Shown: piece by piece, positions 60,092-64,000 of the stretch
Layout: each line of letters begins with the position of its first letter
Position numbering within the stretch: the stretch's first letter is position 1
Assembly (NCBI GenBank): GCA_963674865.2
Contig: CAXXYE010000009.1
Coordinates: 384,001 to 448,000 of the forward strand
Length of the DNA: 64,000 bases
Direction: 5' to 3'
DNA from: Candidatus Hydrogenedentota bacterium
GTDB lineage: Bacteria > Hydrogenedentota > Hydrogenedentia > Hydrogenedentales > SLHB01
Program-made: the position numbers and the translations under genes
Notes under the pieces: model-generated
Databases searched by the model: none
Told to the model about the DNA's origin: nothing
Seen by the model: the letters and a program-made list of their open reading frames with translations, nothing else

Positions 60092-61230
60092 TTTTCTGTA
60101 TCGCTGGATTGCTTTGCGTGGCGGCCATCGCCGTTTGGACGCAGATGGCCTTTGGAGCAGAGGGAGACGTCATGACCGAGAGCGATGGGACGCCGGTGGA
60201 GGCGCCGCTGTATGTTTCGGGCGAAGGAGGTTACCACACCTACCGAATTCCGGCGCTCGTGGTGACGATAAAGGGGACGGTGCTGGCCTTCTGCGAGGGG
60301 CGACGGTTGAGCGGGGGCGACTCGGGCGATATCGATCTCCTCTTGCGGCGCAGTACGGATCATGGCGCGACGTGGGGGCCGGTGCAGGTGGTGGCGCGGG
60401 GCAACGGCGATACGTGCGGGAATCCGGCCCCCGTGGTCGATAGGAGCACGGGCACCGTGTGGCTGCTGATCACGAAGAATGACGGCGACGTGACGGAGCC
60501 TATGATCGGGCGGGGCGAGGCGCCGCCGCGGACGGTTTGGCTCAGCCGCAGCACGGATGACGGGCAAACGTGGTCGCCGCCTGTCGATATTTCCGAGGAC
60601 ACGCGCATGCCTGATTGGCGGTGGTATGCGACGGGCCCGGGGCACGGCGTACAACTCGATTCCGGCCGGTTGATCGTGCCGTGTGATCACTCGCTGTCCG
60701 AGGATCACGACACATGGCACTCGCACATTCTCTACAGCGATGACGCGGGCGCAACATGGCATATGGGAGGCAGCGCCGAGGCGAAAACCAACGAGTGTAC
60801 CGCGGCACAGCTTGCTGATGGGCGGCTCTATCTGAACATGCGTAATTACCTGGGCACGGGCCGGCGGGTTGTCAGCATCAGTGAGGACGGGGGCCTGACG
60901 TGGCCTCCAATGCGGGAGGACGAGAGTCTCCCGTGTCCGGTTTGCCAGGCAAGTTGCCTGGGCGTACAGGGCGCGGACGGCAAAGGCATGCTGCTCTTCT
61001 CGAATCCCGCGAGCGATGAGCGGGAGCGCATGACGGTGCGGGCGAGTTACGATGACGGGGACACATGGCCGGTGGCCAAAGTGCTCCACGCGGGGCCGTC
61101 GGCCTACTCCGATCTTGCAGAGACTCAGGATGGGACGGTTCTGTGCCTTTACGAACGCGGCGAAGAACATCCTTTAGAAACGATTACGCTTGCTCGCTTC
61201 ACGAAGGCATGGCTCACCAGCGACGAGTGA
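60082..61230 (+). CDS. Exo-alpha-sialidase (GH33)
   Basis: YRIP motif, Asp boxes [40 protein letters not shown]; start GTG 60082 (with signal peptide) or ATG 60172. Confidence 0.92.
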   Translation: MSPVFCIAGLLCVAAIAVWTQMAFGAEGDVMTESDGTPVEAPLYVSGEGGYHTYRIPALVVTIKGTVLAFCEGRRLSGGDSGDIDLLLRRSTDHGATWGPVQVVARGNGDTCGNPAPVVDRSTGTVWLLITKNDGDVTEPMIGRGEAPPRTVWLSRSTDDGQTWSPPVDISEDTRMPDWRWYATGPGHGVQLDSGRLIVPCDHSLSEDHDTWHSHILYSDDAGATWHMGGSAEAKTNECTAAQLADGRLYLNMRNYLGTGRRVVSISEDGGLTWPPMREDESLPCPVCQASCLGVQGADGKGMLLFSNPASDERERMTVRASYDDGDTWPVAKVLHAGPSAYSDLAETQDGTVLCLYERGEEHPLETITLARFTKAWLTSDE

Positions 61231-61292
61231 TGAGGGGCGCACTGTCGGATGCCTCTTACCGGGATCCGCCTGTAACGGCGGCCACTAGTTCC

Positions 61293-61994
61293 TCAATTGC
61301 CGTCGAATCGGCGGTCGATGATGGGGGTGTCTTTCGGAATCTGGATGTTGTTCATGTTGATGATGTCACCGTCTACGTAGAGCACGAGGTCAGTGCGCGC
61401 ACGTTCCAGATGATACCGTTCCAGATTGCCGGGCAAGTCCTTATCGAGGTCGACAATGATCCATCCCTCGTCGGGGCCGTCCGTCAGCCATGGGCTCCCG
61501 ACGCATTTGGGGACTGTTCCGTCCGGCAAGCGAAGGCTGCGCTGTTGCATCGGCACGGGCGGCGTGTCGTCCATTGGGGCGCCGTTCACTTTCCCAACCT
61601 GCCACGGCGCCGTGAGGATCATCACCCGCGGCTCGCTCCGCTGAGGAGCCGTGTCCCTCACGCCGGCGGATGTGGGAGCGCATCTGCTGAGTCCCAAGGT
61701 GCCTCCCTTGCTCTTGATCCTAAGAAGAGCGGGCCAAGCTTCAGCAAACTCCTCTTGGCTCCGAAAGGAGAACTCGTAGATGGCCTCGTTTATGGGCGTG
61801 CCGTTGGCCCAGCCAGAGCATGACGATGTGGCTCGCGCCCGAAACGGCTCAAGTTCCGGGGGCCAATCCGAGGGCCAGTGTCCGCCGCCATCCACTACGG
61901 CGTATCCGCGGACGACAGATGGGCTCAACGCAGTGAGCAACATTATCGTCAGTCCGGCTCCGGCCCAAAGACTGATCCTGAGTTTCCATTCCAT
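61293..61994 (-). CDS. Hypothetical secreted/membrane-anchored protein
   Basis: N-terminal hydrophobic segment, AAGGAG RBS, no recognisable motif. Confidence 0.65.
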   Translation of the reverse strand: MEWKLRISLWAGAGLTIMLLTALSPSVVRGYAVVDGGGHWPSDWPPELEPFRARATSSCSGWANGTPINEAIYEFSFRSQEEFAEAWPALLRIKSKGGTLGLSRCAPTSAGVRDTAPQRSEPRVMILTAPWQVGKVNGAPMDDTPPVPMQQRSLRLPDGTVPKCVGSPWLTDGPDEGWIIVDLDKDLPGNLERYHLERARTDLVLYVDGDIINMNNIQIPKDTPIIDRRFDGN

Positions 61995-62023
61995 GGCCGT
62001 CTCCTTTTTGCATGGGCGAAAAG

Positions 62024-62069
62024 CAGGGACAGACACGTCTTCGCTTCGCTCCGCTTGTGTCAGTCCCTG
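62024..62069. repeat. Palindromic element (GGGAC family)
   Basis: CAGGGACAGACAC-GTCTTCGCTTCGCTCCGCTT-GTGTCAGTCCCTG. Confidence 0.7.
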
Positions 62070-62207
62070 TCTTTCGCTTCCTCTTGGGGCTTCTCCATCT
62101 GCAGATAAGCAACGTTACTTATGAGTCAGAACACCAGGAACAGAGTGGATGTCCTCCGCCGGATCCTAGTGTAACGGGAAAGGAGGACTAGGCTCAAGAC
62201 CGTAACG

Positions 62208-62233
62208 ACGGGCGCTTAGCATGAAGCGCCCGT
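62208..62233 (-). terminator. Hairpin downstream of the peptide-binding protein gene
   Basis: ACGGGCGCTT-loop-AAGCGCCCGT. Confidence 0.55.
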
Positions 62234-62272
62234 TCGACAGGGCTTACCATCGCCGGCTGCGAAGAAGGCGGT

Positions 62273-64000
62273 TCAGGGGTATCGCTGGAGTTCTTCGGGG
62301 ACGAACCATTCGCTAGAGTCGGGGCCGTAGGGGTAGATCTTGATGCCGTGGACGCGGCGGTCGACGGCGAGGAGCGCCTTGGTGCAGAAGAGGAAGGTAT
62401 AGGGCTGCTCCTCGTGGACGATCTCGTGGAACCGGTTGTAGAGCTTGATGCGCGTGGGCCGGTCGAAGGCTACGCGCGCCTGTTCGATAATGCTGTCGGC
62501 CTCGGCGTTGCGGAAGCCGACAAAGTTCGATCCGGCGTCCGCCTGGGATGAATGCCACACCTGGAAGGGATCGGGATCGGGGGGCATGGACCATCCCATC
62601 ATCACGGCGTCGAACTTGCGCTCGTCGACGCTCTGGGTCATGGTGGCCCACTCGAGAGAGCGGATGTGCATGTCGATGCCGGCGCGTCGCAACTCCTCCT
62701 GGAAGATCGTGGCGGTCTGCTCCGCCGTGGTGCTGGTGTTGACGATCAGCATCTCGAAGGAGAAGGGGACGCCGTCTTTGTCGCGGATGCCGTCGCCGTC
62801 GGAATCGCCCCATCCTTGCTCGTCGAGGAGGGCCTTTGCCGCGGCGGCGTCGAAGGGCCAGGGCTCGACGTTGGGATTATTCTCCGGGGTTCCCGGCATG
62901 AAGTTTCCGGTGACGGGTTTTGCGTAGCCTAGATAGATGGTTTCCCGGATCAACTCGCGGTCGAGAAGCATGGTGAGGGCGCGGCGCACGAGTTTGTCAT
63001 CGAATTGGGGGCGGCGGCTGTTCCAGCCGATGTAGTAATACGAGGGCCGGTAGTACTCGATCTTGTTGAACCTCTCGGTGAACTTGGCGCTGGCCGCGCG
63101 GTTCACCCAATCCTCGGGGCGGAAACTCATGACGTCCATTTCGCCGCGGTTGAGGACCTGGAAGGCGGCGTTATCGTCCAGGATGATCTTGTAGAGGCGT
63201 TTGTCGAAATACGGCGTCTTGCCGATGGCAACGCCCCAGTAATCGGGATTGCGCCTCAGAACGACCTGTTGGCCGGTGTCCCAGCGTTCGAGGATATAGG
63301 GTCCCGAGCCGATGGGATTGCGGTTGTTGGGGTGGTTGTTGAAGTCGCCTTCCTGATAGATGTGCTTGGGGATGATGCTCATACCGCCGAGCATGACGAT
63401 GTGGCGGTAGTAGGGCTTGGTGCAGGTGAACTGGATGGTGTAGTCGTCTATCTGCTCACAGGCGGCGACATCACGGTAGTAGTTGCGCAAATGGGGCGCG
63501 TCCGTCGTGGGCGCGGTCATGGTGGCAAAGCTGAACCTGACGTCCGCGGCGGTAAGTGGGACGCCGTCGGTGAAGGTGACGCCCTCGCGGAGTTTGAAGG
63601 TGTAGGTGAGGTGGTCTTCCGAGATCGTCCAGGACTCGGCGAGATGGGGGATCATCTCGAGCGTCTCGTTGTCCCTGTCCAAGAGCGAGTCGAAGACCAA
63701 CTCATTGACGTCCGAGGAGTAGACGTCGGTACTTGTGTAAGGATTGAGGTGGGCCATCTCGGCGGGGAGCCGCGAAATGAGCCAGTCGCCGACGGCGGGC
63801 GTGGCGGGGGCGGTAGCTCCGTCCGCGAGCAAGCCCGCGCTCTCCTCTTGGCCCGTGTCTCCGGCCTGAGGGGCGCTATCCGGCGACGGCGCGGGCGTCT
63901 CTGATACGCCAGACGGCTTGGGGCCGCTGCATGCCGTAAGGAAAACAGCCGGCAATACGACGAGGAGAATGGATATTACAGGCGTCGCGACAGTCCTCAT
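62273..64000 (-). CDS. Peptide ABC transporter substrate-binding lipoprotein (family 5, AppA/OppA-like)
   Basis: Lipobox LTAC, PHLAESWTIS, FKLREGVTFTDG, PIGSGPY, VRRAL, NFVGFRN; ATG at the window edge. Confidence 0.93.
   Translation of the reverse strand: MRTVATPVISILLVVLPAVFLTACSGPKPSGVSETPAPSPDSAPQAGDTGQEESAGLLADGATAPATPAVGDWLISRLPAEMAHLNPYTSTDVYSSDVNELVFDSLLDRDNETLEMIPHLAESWTISEDHLTYTFKLREGVTFTDGVPLTAADVRFSFATMTAPTTDAPHLRNYYRDVAACEQIDDYTIQFTCTKPYYRHIVMLGGMSIIPKHIYQEGDFNNHPNNRNPIGSGPYILERWDTGQQVVLRRNPDYWGVAIGKTPYFDKRLYKIILDDNAAFQVLNRGEMDVMSFRPEDWVNRAASAKFTERFNKIEYYRPSYYYIGWNSRRPQFDDKLVRRALTMLLDRELIRETIYLGYAKPVTGNFMPGTPENNPNVEPWPFDAAAAKALLDEQGWGDSDGDGIRDKDGVPFSFEMLIVNTSTTAEQTATIFQEELRRAGIDMHIRSLEWATMTQSVDERKFDAVMMGWSMPPDPDPFQVWHSSQADAGSNFVGFRNAEADSIIEQARVAFDRPTRIKLYNRFHEIVHEEQPYTFLFCTKALLAVDRRVHGIKIYPYGPDSSEWFVPEELQRYP

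Overview
64 kb of high-GC bacterial chromosome from a probable diderm, since it carries lpxH and several lipoproteins. The gene mix (three URO-D-like TIM barrels, two Gfo/Idh/MocA oxidoreductases, two sialidases, GH42, a PmoA-like sugar-related protein, ankyrin/TPR proteins) suggests a Hydrogenedentota/PVC-like organism; this is inference only. There are about 55 CDS, including htrA, a sigma-54 activator, glnK-amtB with a -24/-12 promoter, lepB-lpxH, oppBCDF with a distant oppA-like gene, pcm, tilS-hpt and miaA. Two genes carry single frameshifts. I saw no rRNA, tRNA, CRISPR array, integrase or transposase. The most unusual signals are: (1) a family of mosaic intergenic repeats at seven or more loci, built from shared modules in different order, orientation and copy number, which bracket the ORFan/accessory genes; (2) a run of helically phased A/T tracts with an inverted repeat upstream of an RHH-like gene at about 34.6 kb, near where G/C strand bias seems to change; (3) a truncated, degenerate DnaA-type ATPase domain fused to a long coiled coil; (4) a signal-peptide-bearing isoaspartate methyltransferase next to a polytopic membrane protein with a SAM-binding domain. 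All alignments and counts were done by eye, and no database searches were run.
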